Shown here piece after piece: positions 39,921-63,599 of a stretch of DNA of 63,599 nt. A program made the translations under genes and the position numbers. The notes beneath the pieces were generated by a model. It made no database searches, was not told the DNA's origin, and saw only the letters and a list, made by a program, of their open reading frames with translations. The number at the start of each line of letters is the position of its first letter. Positions within the stretch are counted from its first letter, which is position 1. This DNA comes from Chiloscyllium plagiosum (Eukaryota), in contig NC_057748.1 in NCBI RefSeq assembly GCF_004010195.1, positions 10,540,428 to 10,604,026 of the forward strand, in the 5' to 3' direction.

Positions 39921-42900
39921 AACACTTTGAGATGTTTGACACCAGCCAGAACAAAGCTTGATTGGAACTCTGTGCGTCGCCTTCCCCACTCACTCCCTCT
40001 GCTGTCCGTCTCGTACATTAACACACTGCAGCAACATTACAAACACAACCGCACACATCAGGAAGTTGAAAGGCTGCAATGCACAGGAACATCATCACCT
40101 CCAACTTCCCCTCCCATTATAAAGTCACATACACCAACTTGAGTGAGGACTATTTCAGTTTTCTGTTATACCTGAGATTGTGCAGGACATTGGTGAGACC
40201 TCTTCTGGAATACTGTGTCCAGTCTGGGTCGCCCTGTTATAGGAAGGTTATATAGGAAAGATATTATTAAGTTGGAGACGGTTCAGAAGAGATCTAGCAG
40301 GATGTTGCTGGGAATGGAAGGTTTCAGTTATCAGGAGAGACTGGGACTTTTCTCACTGGAACTTAGGAGAATGAGGGGTGACCTTATGAATGGCAGGTGC
40401 CTTGTCCCTAAGGTGGGGGAGTTCAAGATTAGGGGGCAGATTTTTAAGGTGAGAGGAGAGGGATTTAAAAATAGACTGAGTTTTATTTATAATAAGTGGC
40501 TCATGTGTGGAATTCCATACATGCACCACCCTCTGCATGAAACACTTGCCTCATAGGTCCCTTTTAAATCTTTCCCCTTAAACCTGTGCCCTGTAGTTAT
40601 AACTCCCCCACCCCAGGGAAGAAGATCTTATCTATTTCCCCCAATCTATGACCCTCATGGTTTCACTGACAAACATTACCAGGGATAAAAGCCCCAAGCC
40701 ACTGGAACATTTAAAGATTCAAAATAGAATGTACAGTTGCAGAGAAGATTATGCAACTGTCAGATTATTAAACCTCCCCCCCCCCCCCCTTGTGTTACTA
40801 ATGAAGGCCACCATCTGTGCACAGCATCCCATTCCCATATGGGGAAACCAAATTCCTTCAGAAAGATTGTCTCAGTGAGACACTCAGTTATGACAACTTG
40901 GGAAAGCAGTAAATGCCCTTAAAACAAAAATTCAGGTCTGGCAGCATCTGCTGAGAAATGAAACAGCATTGATATAGATTCCAGTGACTTCACAAAATTT
41001 CACACCTGCTGAGTTTCTCCAACAGGTCCTGTCCCAGATCTCCAGCAATCAATGTTCTGTTGGTTAATAGACAATGCCAGTTACCAGAGAAAGCAAATAT
41101 TTAAAAATCAAGACCACATCTACTCTACACATAATCAGTATGACAGTCCATGTTTTTACGTAGTTGATTTTTAACCCAACTGCGAATCCTCTTGCAAGGA
41201 TGCCTGCCTTGAACAAGTTTTCCTCCTCTCTCTACATGTCATTTCCTCTGCCCTGAAGCTCTTCAACCATGTCCTGAAACAGACTCGCTCACCCATTGTA
41301 CTCTTTGCTACCTTCCCCCACCAGCCAGAGCAAAGCTTGACAAGAGCATTTGACAAGAATGTTAGAGACTAGAGGGCTTGAGTTATAAGGAGAGGCTGGA
41401 ATAAAGCTGAGACTTTTCTCCCTGTAGCATAGGAGGATGAGGGGTGACCTTAGAGGTTTATCAAATCTCGAGATGCGTAGATAAGATGAATAACCAGGGT
41501 ATTCCCCAGGGTAGGGGGAATCCAAACCTAGAGGGCATAGGTTTAAAGGTGAGAGGGGAAAGATTTAAGAAGGACCAGGGGGCAATGCATATATGGAATG
41601 ATATGGCAGAGGCAAGTTCAATAACAACATTTAAAAAGACATTTGGACAGGTGGACAGATAAGAAAGGTATAGAGGGGTATGGGCCAAATGGGACTAGTG
41701 CAGTTTGGTGAAACTTGGTCAGCAAGGATGAGTTGGGCTGAAGGGCCAGTTAGCATGCTGTATGTCTAACATGTTGAAACACCAGCTTGGGCCCATGTTG
41801 ACTTAACTGAACAAATGGAACACAATGCCCAAACTGTAATTGGGAGAGAGAGGACTGCAGATGCTGGAGATCAGAGTTGAGTGTGTATTGTTGGAAAAGC
41901 ACAGCAGGTCAGGCAACATCCAAAGAGCAGGAGAATCAACATCTAGGGCAAAAGCCCTTTGTCATTCCTGATGGGGGGGGCATTCTGCCCAAAACGTCAA
42001 TTCTCCTGCTCCTTGGATGTTGCCTGACCTGCTGCGCTTTTCCAGCGCCACAATCCAAACTATAATTGGATGAATGGCCTGAGAGAACATGTCAGAGGCT
42101 TAGCATTCTGTAGCAAATAGCTCACCACCTGACTGTCCAACATCTGTCCTAATGACACCAGGCACAGGTCAGGAATGTGATGGAATACTTTCCATTCCAG
42201 AGTGAAGCTCCAAGAAAAAAAAAAATCTAAGAGAAAGAAACCAGTTTGATGCCTCATTTACCATTAACACTTTCCCAAGGAAGTTGATACAGATCTTGTG
42301 GGTGAAGGGATATGGAGGAAGGTGGGATTGGGGTATTGAGCTTGATAATTAGCCATGATAAAGGTGCAGGAGAGCAGACTTGAAGGGCCAAATAGTCTAT
42401 ACCTGCTTCTAATATTAGCAACTGCCATGTGGATATATGCCCATATTAGATTACTTCAAATACTCATATTGCAAACTATTAATTAGCTTTGGGTTTCTGA
42501 CAAGTCAATCTGGTTTTATAATCAACCAACAGTTTTGTTATTCACATAGAAACCCACCTCTGATCTTTTTATTGTTGTTGGAAAAAACCTCTCCATGTGG
42601 AGTAAGGCCATTCAGCCCATCGAGTCCACAGCAACCCTCTGGAAAGCAGCTTCACTCAGATTAAACTGATGCCATTCAATATAGTAGACAGAAAGGAACA
42701 TTGTTACAGGATGGGAATAGTTGGGCTCTTATATCAAGCACCTTCTCACAGAGGATATTACTCAGTCAGATGTACAGCCCAGAAACAGACTCTTTGGTCT
42801 AACTCATCTATGTTGACCAGATATAGTAACCTAATCCAGTCTCATTTGCCAGCACTTGGCCTGTATCCCTTTAAACCCTTCCTATTCATATACCCACCCA

Positions 42901-43415
42901 GATGCCTTTTAAACGTTGCAATTTTACTAGCTGCCACCACTTCTCCTGGCAGCTCATTTTAATACACACACCACCCTGTGTGAGGGCATTACCCTTTAGG
43001 CCCCTTTTATATCTTTCCCCTCTCACCCTAAACCTATGCCCCTCTAGTTCTGGGCTCTGCCACCCCAGGGAAAAGACTGTCTATTTATTCTATCTATGCC
43101 TCAATTCAGGCAAAGGGGTAGAAGAAAACTAAAAGCTTGTTTAAATTTTCTTTCCCAGATGCTAAACCTATTCCACTCCCTACCCACCCTAAAGTACCAA
43201 AGGAAAGTTTTCACCCATAGTCATGAACTCCAGGATCACTGAGAAAGAGAAAACACAACCAAGAGGAACACAGTAACCAAACTTCTCAATCAGGGAGGTC
43301 TAGTGGAATTAGCATTTCAGTCAAATCATTAGAGCATTTCCACACTTGTGACCTATGGACTATTAAAGCTAGAAGTGGCTTCAATAATGGACAATAAGCA
43401 AGATCAACAAATATC

Positions 43416-43421
43416 TTTATT
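43416..43421 (-). terminator. PolyA signal, ferritin copy 1
   Basis: AATAAA on the - strand about 130 nt after the stop codon. Confidence 0.7.
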
Positions 43422-43549
43422 TCAATTTGCACAGAACAGCAATTGGATTTGTTCTAAGTTCCTTCTTCCTGGGAAGATTTCAATAATTCCATGGGAGGCA
43501 GAAGCAATCAAACCAGGGATTACGTACATAGACCGTACCCCATGTCCCA

Positions 43550-48273
<4,724 letters not shown>

Positions 48274-48360
48274 TTTACCAATAGAGCCTTCACCAAACTA
48301 CCACCAACAAACACAACCCTATCACACACCAACTATACTCAAATCCCCTCTCCCATTGAA

Positions 48361-48500
48361 TTTATACCCCAGGAATTAAGCTGTAATTCAAAGACATCAT
48401 CAGTGATGACCAATCACTCTTGTTAATCAATTGATCAGTTGCCATGTCCAATCAGATTTGAATCAGCCCAGCATGACATTTTGGAACTCAGGAACCAATC
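48361..48500 (-). promoter_or_regulatory. Ferritin copy 1 core promoter (TATA plus clustered CCAAT boxes)
   Basis: GGGGTATAAA on the - strand (TATAAA at 48361-48366), about 88 nt above the ATG. CCAAT motifs near 48410, 48448 and 48495. Conserved in copy 2. Confidence 0.7.
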
Positions 48501-50074
48501 AGAATCAATAACTCATCGATGATGGAATTGCTGATGGACCTTTGACCTCCTTCTCAAGAGCAAACTCAGAAAGGGTCAGAACTGGAAATGACAGGAAAAT
48601 GGACGCTAATGTCAAACATACTCTAACTCCTCATTTTGACACCATGTGGGGCAGTATATGAAGAGAAGACTGAGGCAGAGTTATATTGGTTTGTAACTCT
48701 GAGGGGCATATTCCCCTAACATTCCAACAGCAGTGTTGGCAGATCAATGGAAAATAGAGCATCATTTTCAGGAAACAGTTTTCAGTTGGTATAAAACAAC
48801 TGAAATAGTATGTTTATGGGTCATCTAATAAAGACAACTGATGGTAAGTGGACAAATGATGGAACCTTCTGTGATTTCACAAGACACAGGAAGCCCCATT
48901 TATAAACCAAACCCCAGTGACCTGAGCATCTCAGCGATGTCTATGTCTATGTTCTAATCATCTTTGAACTAGTTACTGGAACCATGATGGTGCCCACCAT
49001 TGTATTACATCCATATTGAGTTATTCATGGTGTTAAGGATAACCAGAGAGTTTGTGATGAGGTATTTTCTGGCAGGTGCACATCAAATTACATTGAGTGA
49101 AAGCACAGACACTGGCCATTCAGCCCAATTGCTCTGTGCTGATGTGCACATTGAGACAATATTGTCTCCAATGGGGGGAGAGGGTGGGGGCAGAAGACGG
49201 GGATGGGCTGGTTCAGTTAGACAGGGGGCTAACTGGGTGATAGCAGTGAGGAGCCCACAGCATGGCTCTGACCTTTGTCCTGGCCATGAGAATTCATGGA
49301 GCTCCTATCTCCTCAGGCTGGTGGAGAGGTTACTCTCAAACCCCACACTAATTCTCTCTCTCCCTCACATGGAGAAAAGAGATGCCTGTGACCTTTTGTA
49401 GAGTGCAGCTGCTGACCTTATCCAGGGTCAGGATCAGTTCAGAAATTGTTTGAATTCAGTATCTCAAATATTGTTGGTGTGAAATTATACACTGAGCTCT
49501 ACCAGGCTGAGACTGGCAGGGTCAAAGGTCAGTACAGCAGGAGTGCACTGTGGGTTTGGAGTTGGGTTTTATAATTGGCCAGTCCTCACTGCTGACACCA
49601 TCTTCTTCCGGAGCTGACATGGGATGGATAGACGGCTTTGGTCAATTTGCCGGGCCCATTTCTTCATTCTGATATCAGTGGAGGTACTGAGACTGTGTGG
49701 AGAAACACCTTCCTTCAACCTCGAGCAGGAGTTAGGTAGGCGAAGGTGTTGGAATAACATGGCAGAAATACTTTTTGCCCTGGGACATTGCTACTAATGG
49801 GAATGTGGAACAGGTAAAGTATTTTCATATATTTGAAGCTCCCACTGGGATCAGTGTGCTTGTGCTGCAGGATCTATTGACACAATTGGTCCGTTGCAGA
49901 GGAGACCATTCGGCCCATCATCTGTGCCAGCTCCTTTCACAAGTTTGAACCCACAACCCCTGTCATCGCAAAGGAAGATTTTATTCTAATGGAACTTAAC
50001 TTTTACTGGCAGACCAGTCACTAATGGAGCATTGTGTCCAATTCAGGACAGTCAGACAATGGGAGTGTACTCAG

Positions 50075-52540
50075 AGAGCAGAGGTTACTGGGAAAGGAGG
50101 AACTTCTTATTTTTATTCCCATCCAACTATATTAGTCAGTGTTTTCTCAACCCGAGACCCTACCTTTGTAGGACCTCCCATCCAACCTTAAAGACCAGGG
50201 ACATATCAGGTAAGCGTCTCTTCTTTTTTACTTTGTGATAAGGGGACTAGCAGGGGTGGCAGTGCAGGGAGAGCAGTGTTCCTCCGCATGACGTTTGAGG
50301 TGAGGGATGCTATTAGTGTCCCATCCAAGTCCATCTGCAGGAAGTGCACCCAACTCTCGCTCCTCCCAGACTGTGTTAGGGAACTGGAGCGGGAGCTGGA
50401 TGAACTTCGGATCATACGGGAGACAGAGGCTGTGATAGATAGGAGTTACAGGGAAGTAGTTACACCTAGGCATAAAGAAAGCTGGGTGACTGTTCGAAGG
50501 GGGAAAAAAGAAGTCAGTGGAGGGATCCCCTGTGGTCGTTCCCCTGAAAAACATGGATACTGTTTTGGATACTGTTGAGTGGGACGACTTACCAGGGGTA
50601 TACAGTGGGGCCCAGGTCTCTGGCACAGAGCCTGTCCCTGTTGCACGGAAGGGAGGGAGGGAAAGGAGGAGAGTGTTAGTCATTGGGGACTCAATAGTTA
50701 GAGGCTCAGATAGAAGGTTTGTAGGGAACGAACGAGACCTGCAGTTGGTGTGTTGCCTCCCAGGTGCCAGGGTCCGTGATGTCTCAGATCGTATCTTTGG
50801 GGTCCTAAAGGGAGAGGGTGACCAGCCTCAAGTTGTTGTCCATGTAGGTACCAACGACATAGGTAGAAAGAGGGATAGGGATGTAAGGCAGGATTTCAGG
50901 GAGCTAGGGTGGAAGCTGAGAGCTAGAACAAACAGAGTTGTTATCTCTGGATTGTTACTTGTGCCACGTGACAGCAAGGCAAGAAATATGGAGAGATATC
51001 AGCTGAACATGTGGCTGCAAGGATGGTGCAGGAGGGAGGGTTTCAGGTTTTTGGATAACTGGAGCTCATTCTGGGGAAGGTGGGACTTGTACAAACAGGA
51101 CGGCCTTCACTTGAACCAGAGGGGTACTAATATCCTGGGTAGGAAATTTGTTGGTGCTATTCGGGTGGGTTTAAACTAGCTCAACAGGGGGATGGGAACT
51201 GGAGGTGTAGTTGCAGTGCACAGGAGAATGAGAGTAGGAAGGATAGGGACAGGATTTCAGGGTCACAGGAATGTGCTAGCAGACAGCAAAGTGGTTTGAA
51301 GTGTGTCCACTTCAATGCCAGAAGTATCTGAAATAAGGTAGGTGAGCTTGCAGCACGGATACATACCTGGGACTTCAATGAGGGTAGGGCAGTTGACGTG
51401 GTATACATGGACTTCAGTAAAGCCTTTGATAAGGTTTCACATGGTAGGCTGTTGGAGAAAATGCAGAGGCATGGAATTGAGGGTGATTTAGTAGTTTGGA
51501 TTAGAAACTGGCTTTCTGAAAGGCAGCGAGTAGTGGTTGATGGAAAATATTCAGCCTGGAGTCCGGTTACTAGTGGTGTGCCACAAGGACCTGTTTTGGA
51601 ATCACTGCTGTTTGTCATTTTTATAAAGGACTGAGACGCAGGCATAGGTGGATGGATTAGTAAGTTTGCAGATGGCACTAAAGTCGGTGGAGTAGTGGAC
51701 AGTGTGGAAGAATGTTGCAGGGGGAACTTGGATAAACTGCAGAATTGGGCTGAGAGGTGGCAAATGGAGTTCAATTCAGCTAAATGTGAGGTGATGCACT
51801 TTGGGAAGAATAATAGGAAGGCAGAGCACTGGGTCAATGGAAAGATTCTTGGTAGTGTGGATTTACAGAGGGATCTTGGAGTCCATGTACATAGATCCCT
51901 GAAAGTTGCCACCCAGGTGGATAACGCTGTTAAGGCAACATTCGGTGTTAGGTTTCATTGGTAGAGGGATTGAGTTCTGGAGCCACAAATATCATGCTGT
52001 AACTATGCAAAGCACTGGTATGGCCACACTTGGAATATTGTATACAGTTCTGGTCCCCATATTTCAGGAAGGATGTGGAAACATTGGAAAAGGTGCAGAG
52101 GAGATTTACCAGGATGTTGCCTGGTCTGCAAGTTCGTTCGTATGAGGAAAGGTTGAGAGACTTGAACCAGTTCTCATTGGCAAGGTGGCAGCTAAGAAGG
52201 GATTTGATAGAAACATATATGATTGGTGGATTAGCTAGGGTAGATAGTGAAAGTCTTTGTCCCCTACAGATGACGTCAGTGTGTACAAGGGGGCATAACT
52301 ACAAATAGAGGGGTGATAGATTTACAACAGATGTCAGAGGCAGTTTCTTTACAGAGTGGTAAGGTCATGCAATGCCCTCCCTGCTAATGTAGTCAACTCA
52401 GCCACATTAGGGAGATTTAAAGAATCCTTAGATAAGCACATGGATGATGATGGGATAGTGTAGGGGGGAAAATAATAAGCTGAGAATAGTCTACAAGTCA
52501 ATGCCACATCAAGTGCTGAAGGGCCTGTTCTGTATTGTTC
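50075..52540 (+). mobile_element. CR1 LINE with 5'UTR, ORF1 (coiled coil plus SGNH esterase) and internally deleted ORF2; 7-bp TSD
   Basis: ORF1 motifs CRKC...VRELERELDELR, GDSIVRG, HVGTND and DGLHLN. RT motif MDFSKAFDKV. TACTCAG at 50068-50074 and 52541-52547; the empty site is visible in the paralogous unit near 61912. Confidence 0.93.
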
Positions 52541-53956
52541 TACTCAGCATTGCCTAGGCAAAGAAGTGAAAAATTTTATTGTTTTAAACCATTTGCTATG
52601 ACTGGTCCACACTGGCCCCCACGTACTGTGAGGTGGTGGGGTATATCAGGTGTAGAATGCAGGAGGAGGCTGTAGTTACAGCCCAGGAATAGATAAGTAA
52701 TAAATGTTAGGCAGAACATGTGGTTGTTGAGTGAAAGTGGTAGTTGTAGTGAAAGAAAGTGATATTGCGCCAATGCTCTGGGAAGGATTCCAGAGTTGGA
52801 GTGAGATGAGGAGGAACTGCCTGTTGAACAGATGATTTGAGTAACTCAAGTCACTCGTTAGTGATAGATGTTTCGTGCAGGACCGAAACAAACAAACATT
52901 TACTCCAACTTGTCTACGCTGACCAGATAGCCTAAATAAACCTAGTCCTATTTACCAGCAGTTGGCCCACATCCTTTCCACTTCACTTACCTAGTCAGAT
53001 GCCTTTTAAGTGTTGTAATTATACCAGCCTCCACTTCCTCTGGCAACTCATTCCACACAATCTGAGAAAAAGTTGCCCTATGGGCCCCTTTCAAATCTTT
53101 CCCCCTCACCCTAAATATATAGGCTCTAGTTTAGAACTCTCCCACCAGAAGAAAGTGACCTGACTATTCACATGCTCATGATATTATCAACCTGAGACAG
53201 CCTCAGCCTATTTGGCCTCTCCCCAGAGCTCAAGCCTTTTCCTGAACCCTGTCAAGTTTCAGGGAGACCAGTATGGCCCACAATAGTCGGTAAGAAAGTT
53301 CTGTGGCCTATCCATACCAGCCCTGCAAGAGGAGCAGCTCACTTCATGGATCAGTTCAGTAACCCTGTGCATTATGAATATGAAACTACAGCCTAAAGCT
53401 GCTTCTAAAGAGCCTAGATAGAGCCCCCCCCCCACTCTAGAGGATTCAGAATTGGATTGAACTATTGTTTGCTGCAAATCCACTGTATGGAACCGACTTC
53501 CTCAACAAGAGGATGGACAACATCAAGGGCAAGGTAGGATTAGGGTATTGTTACAGAACAGGTGGGTGTAATCTCTTTTGAGAATGCTTGGGGAAAAAAA
53601 AATCTATTCCAAAATCAAATGGGCAACAGGGACAGCATAGGTGGTATGGGAACAGTTGGTTTTGTCATGGAATACACAATTCAGGCTGTTTTCATCACCT
53701 GACCTCCCCATTGCTGAGGGGAATGTCAGATTAAGACTGCAGTATCTTACACCTGCCATTCTCATGGAAGAGCTACAATCGTGACTCTAAGGAATGGAAT
53801 AAAGAGCACAAAACCCTCAAATCATGAGCTCCAGTGTAATCATTGTTGGAACTGGATGGGCTAGAGATTGTTCTGGAACAGATTCCAAACCTTAAGATAT
53901 AAAAAGGTGAAAATTAAAGCCAGTGATTAGAACAGAGTAGGTGAGATCAGATGATC

Positions 53957-53962
53957 TTTATT
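53957..53962 (-). terminator. PolyA signal, ferritin copy 2
   Basis: AATAAA on the - strand about 100 nt after the stop codon. Confidence 0.75.
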
Positions 53963-54064
53963 TTAACTGAAGAATGGATGGGAAAAGTTCCTGCTTCCTG
54001 GAGAAATTCTCCCAATGAGAGTTGGATACAAACAGACAAAGACTGCAGTCAGTCAGAGGCCCCA

Positions 54065-60126
<6,062 letters not shown>

Positions 60127-60185
60127 TTTCCCAATAGAACCTTCTAACTACAACCAACTATACTCAAATCCCCTCTCCCATCGAA

Positions 60186-60330
60186 TTTATACCCCAGGCA
60201 TTAAGCTGTAATTCAATGACATCATCAGTGATGATCATCAATCAATCTCGTTAATCAATTGATCAGCTGCCACGTCCAATCAGATTTGAATAAGCCCAGG
60301 ATGACATTTTAGAACTCAGTAACCAATCAG
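60186..60330 (-). promoter_or_regulatory. Ferritin copy 2 core promoter (TATA plus CCAAT boxes)
   Basis: TATAAA at 60186-60191, about 60 nt above the ATG. CCAAT near 60276 and 60323. Confidence 0.7.
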
Positions 60331-63300
60331 AATCAACAACTCATTGATGATGGAATTGCTGATGGACCTTTGACCATCTTCTCAAAGGCAAATTCAGAAA
60401 GGGTCAGAACTGGAAATGACAGGAAAATAGACACTTATGTACACATACTCTAACTCCTCATTTTGACACCATGTGGGGCAGTATATGAAGAGAAGCCTGA
60501 AGCCAATTGGCAGAGCTATATTGGTTTGTAACTCTGAGGGGCATATTCCCCTAACATTCTAACAGCAGTGTTGGCAGACCATGGAAAATAGAGCATTATT
60601 TTCAGGAAACAGTTTTCAACTGGTATAAAGCAACAGAAATAGTATGTTTATGGGTCACCCAACAGAGGCAACTGATGATAAATGGATGAATGATGGAACC
60701 TTCTGTGATTACCTCGCAGATTTCACAAGACACAGGAAGCCCCAATTATAAACCAAACCCCAGTGACCTGAGTATCTCAGCGATGTCTATGTCTATGTTC
60801 TAATCATCCTTGAACTAGTTACTGGAATCATGTTGGTGCCCACCATTGTATTACATCCATATTGAGTTATTCATGGTGTTAAGGATAACCAGAGAGTTTG
60901 TGATGAGGTATTTTCTGACAGGTGCACATCAAATTACATTGAGTGAACAGCACAGAAACTGGCCATTCAGCCCAATTGCTCTGTGCTGATGTGCACATCG
61001 AGACAATATCGTCTCTAATGGGAGGGGTGAGGGTGGGGGCAGAAGATGGGAGAAGTTAGACAGGGGGCTAACTGGGTGATAGCAGCGACGAGCTCCAATC
61101 CCTGTCCCGGATGTGGGAATTCATGGAGCTCCTACCTCCTCAGGCTGGTGGAGAGGTTACTCTCAAACCCCACACTAATTCTCTCTCTCTCCCTCACATG
61201 GAGAAAAGAGATGCCTGTGACCTTTTGTAGATTGCAGCTGCTGACCTTATCCAGGGTCAGGATCAGTTCAGAAATTGTTTGAATTCAGTTTCTCGAATAT
61301 TGTTGGTGTGAAATTATACACTGTGCTTTACCAGGCTGGGACTGGCAGGGTCAAAGGTCAGTACAGCAAGAGTGGAGGGCAGCTTTGGAGTTGGGTTTTG
61401 TAATTGGCCAGTCCTCACTGCTGTCACCATCTCCTACCTGAGCTGACATGGGATGGATAGATGGTTTTGGTCAATTTGCTGTGACCATTTCTTCTTTCTG
61501 GTATTCTGGTATCAGTGGAGTTACTGAGACTGTGTGGGGGAACCCCTTCCTTCTACCTCGAGCAGGAGCAAGGTAGGGGAGGGGGGAGGGTGAAGGTGTT
61601 GGAATAACATGGCAGAAATACCTATTGCCCCATCTCCCTGGTATATTGCTATTACTGGGAATGTGGGACAGGTAAACTATTTCCATATAATTGAAGCTCC
61701 CATTATGACCAGTATAGTTGGGCTGCAGGATCTATTGACACATTGCAGAGGAGACCATGCAGCCCATCATCATCTGTGCCAGCTCCTTTCAGGAGTTTGA
61801 ACCCACAACCCCAGCAAAGGAAGATTTTATTCTAGTGGAATTTACTTTTACTAGCAGACCAGTCACTAATGGAGCAATGTGTCCAATTCAGGAGAGTCAG
61901 ATAATGGGATGGACTCCGCATTGTTTGAGCAAAAGTTTTATTGTTTTAAACCATTTACTATGACTTGCTCACAGTGGCCCCTGCCTACTACGAGCTGGTG
62001 GGGTATATCAGGTGTAAAGTGCCAAAATAGGCTGTAGTTACAGCCCAGGAATAGATAAGTGATAACTATTAGGCAGAATATGTGGTTGTTGAGTGAAAGT
62101 GGTAGTGAAAAAACAATAATAATCCCAATGCTCTGGAAAGGATTCCAGAGTTAGAGTGAGATGAGGAGGAACTGCCTGTTGAACAGATAATTTGAGTAAC
62201 TCAAGTCACTATTGTTAGTGATAGGTGTTTCATTCAGAATCTATAGGATAGTCATACAACCCAGAAACAAACCATTTGCTCCAACTGGTCTATGCTGACC
62301 AGAGCCTGATTAATCCAATCCCATTTACCAGCACTTGGCCCACATCGCTTCTTATTCATGTACCTAGTCAGATGCCTTTTAAAGGTTGTAATTTTAGCAG
62401 CCTCCACTTCCTCTGGCAACTCATTCTATATGAAATCTGTGATTGTAAGTTGCCCCATAGACCCCTTTCCAATCCTTCCCACTTCTTGCTCTGAACTTTC
62501 CCACCCAGTGAAAAATGACCTGATTATTCACACCACTGATTTAATAAGCCTCTAAGCAGCCCCAACCTGGTCAGCTTCTCCCTATAGCTCAAGCCCTCCA
62601 ACATCAAATCTTTTCCTGAACCCTTTCAAGATTCACAACATCTTTCCTATGGGAAGGAGACCAGAATTGCCCACAATAGTCTGTAAGAGGGTTCTGTGGC
62701 CTATCCAAAGCATCCCTGCAAAGGAGCAGCTCACTTCCTGAGATCAGTTCAGTAACCCTGTGCATTATGAATATGCAACAAGACGCTACAGCTGCTTTTA
62801 AGGGTCTGGACAGAGCCTTCCCTCCCTCAGCACAATCAGGATTGGATTGTGCACTATTGTTTGCTGCAAATTCACTGTACAGAACTGACCTCTTCCTCAG
62901 AGAGAGGATGGAAGACATCAGGGGCAAGACAGGATTGGGATATTGTTACAGAACAGGTGGGTGTAAATCTATTTTCTCCAAGAGAATGCTTGGAAAAGTA
63001 TTCCTAAATCAAAAATGGGTAAATGTTTGAGAACAGTTCATTTTGTCCTGTAATACAAAATTCAGGCTCACCTTTTCACCACGTGACCTCCCCATTGCTG
63101 AGGGGAAGGTCAGAATAAAACTGCCGTATCTTAAACCTGCCATGCTCATGGAACAGCTGCACTCGTGACTAAGGAATGGAAATTAAAAAGAAATCACAAA
63201 ACCCCCAATTAACAGCTCCAGTGTAATCACTATTGGAAGTGTAGACTAGAGATTTGGGAACAGATTCCAAACTGTCAGAAGATATGAACTGAAAATTAAA

Positions 63301-63338
63301 GCCACTGATTAGAGCAGAGTAGGAGAGATCAAATGATC

Positions 63339-63344
63339 TTTATT
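63339..63344 (-). terminator. PolyA signal, ferritin copy 3
   Basis: AATAAA on the - strand at the position homologous to copy 2. Confidence 0.75.
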
Positions 63345-63440
63345 TCCCATTTGTTTCTTCAGTACAAGTTCCTGCTTTCTGGAGAAATTCTCCCAAGGAG
63401 TTGGATACAAAACAGGCAAAGACCACAGTCAAAGTCCCCA

Positions 63441-63599
<159 letters not shown>

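Noticed and set aside
41160-41275. - strand exon-like segment DMVEELQGRGNDM*REEENLFKAGILARGF
   Set aside because: In-frame stop, isolated, and no recognisable family.
49295-49335. - strand TSLRR-GAP resembling ferritin exon 4 (also at about 61125-61160)
   Set aside because: Similarity is limited to about 25 nt and does not extend, which is too little for a pseudogene call.
60220-60235. IRE-like hairpin C-AUCAU-CAGUG-AUGAU (also at about 48395-48409)
   Set aside because: It is on the strand opposite to ferritin, upstream of the TATA box, and has a 5-nt rather than 6-nt loop. It is more likely a palindromic DNA element.

Overview
Vertebrate genomic DNA, most likely a shark, judged from dense HE1-type SINEs with (AATCT)n tails, HER1/CR1 LINEs and Penelope-like elements (PLEs). 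There are two N-gaps (12501-12856 and 36628-37127). Two recognisable loci face each other tail-to-tail. (1) A + strand TMEM150B/DRAM-family gene with coding exons from 16275 to about 37274, partly hidden in a gap. (2) A - strand tandem array of 4-exon ferritin genes about 9.4-10.5 kb apart: two complete 176-aa copies (43550-48273, 54065-60126) and exon 4 of a third at the window edge. The ferritins are the most unusual element. Their short TATA-proximal leaders lack an iron-responsive element. They carry L-chain-type substitutions (K62, E141, L173; human H numbering) on an H/M-like scaffold, lack the NCOA4-binding Arg, and show exon-restricted homogenisation. The rest is mostly transposon debris, including many hammerhead-ribozyme-like PLE termini and short fold-back elements with long target-site duplications. 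A weakly supported, unrecognised multi-exon gene may lie on the - strand at about 3.4-16 kb. All alignments and splice models were made by eye, and TE boundaries are approximate.
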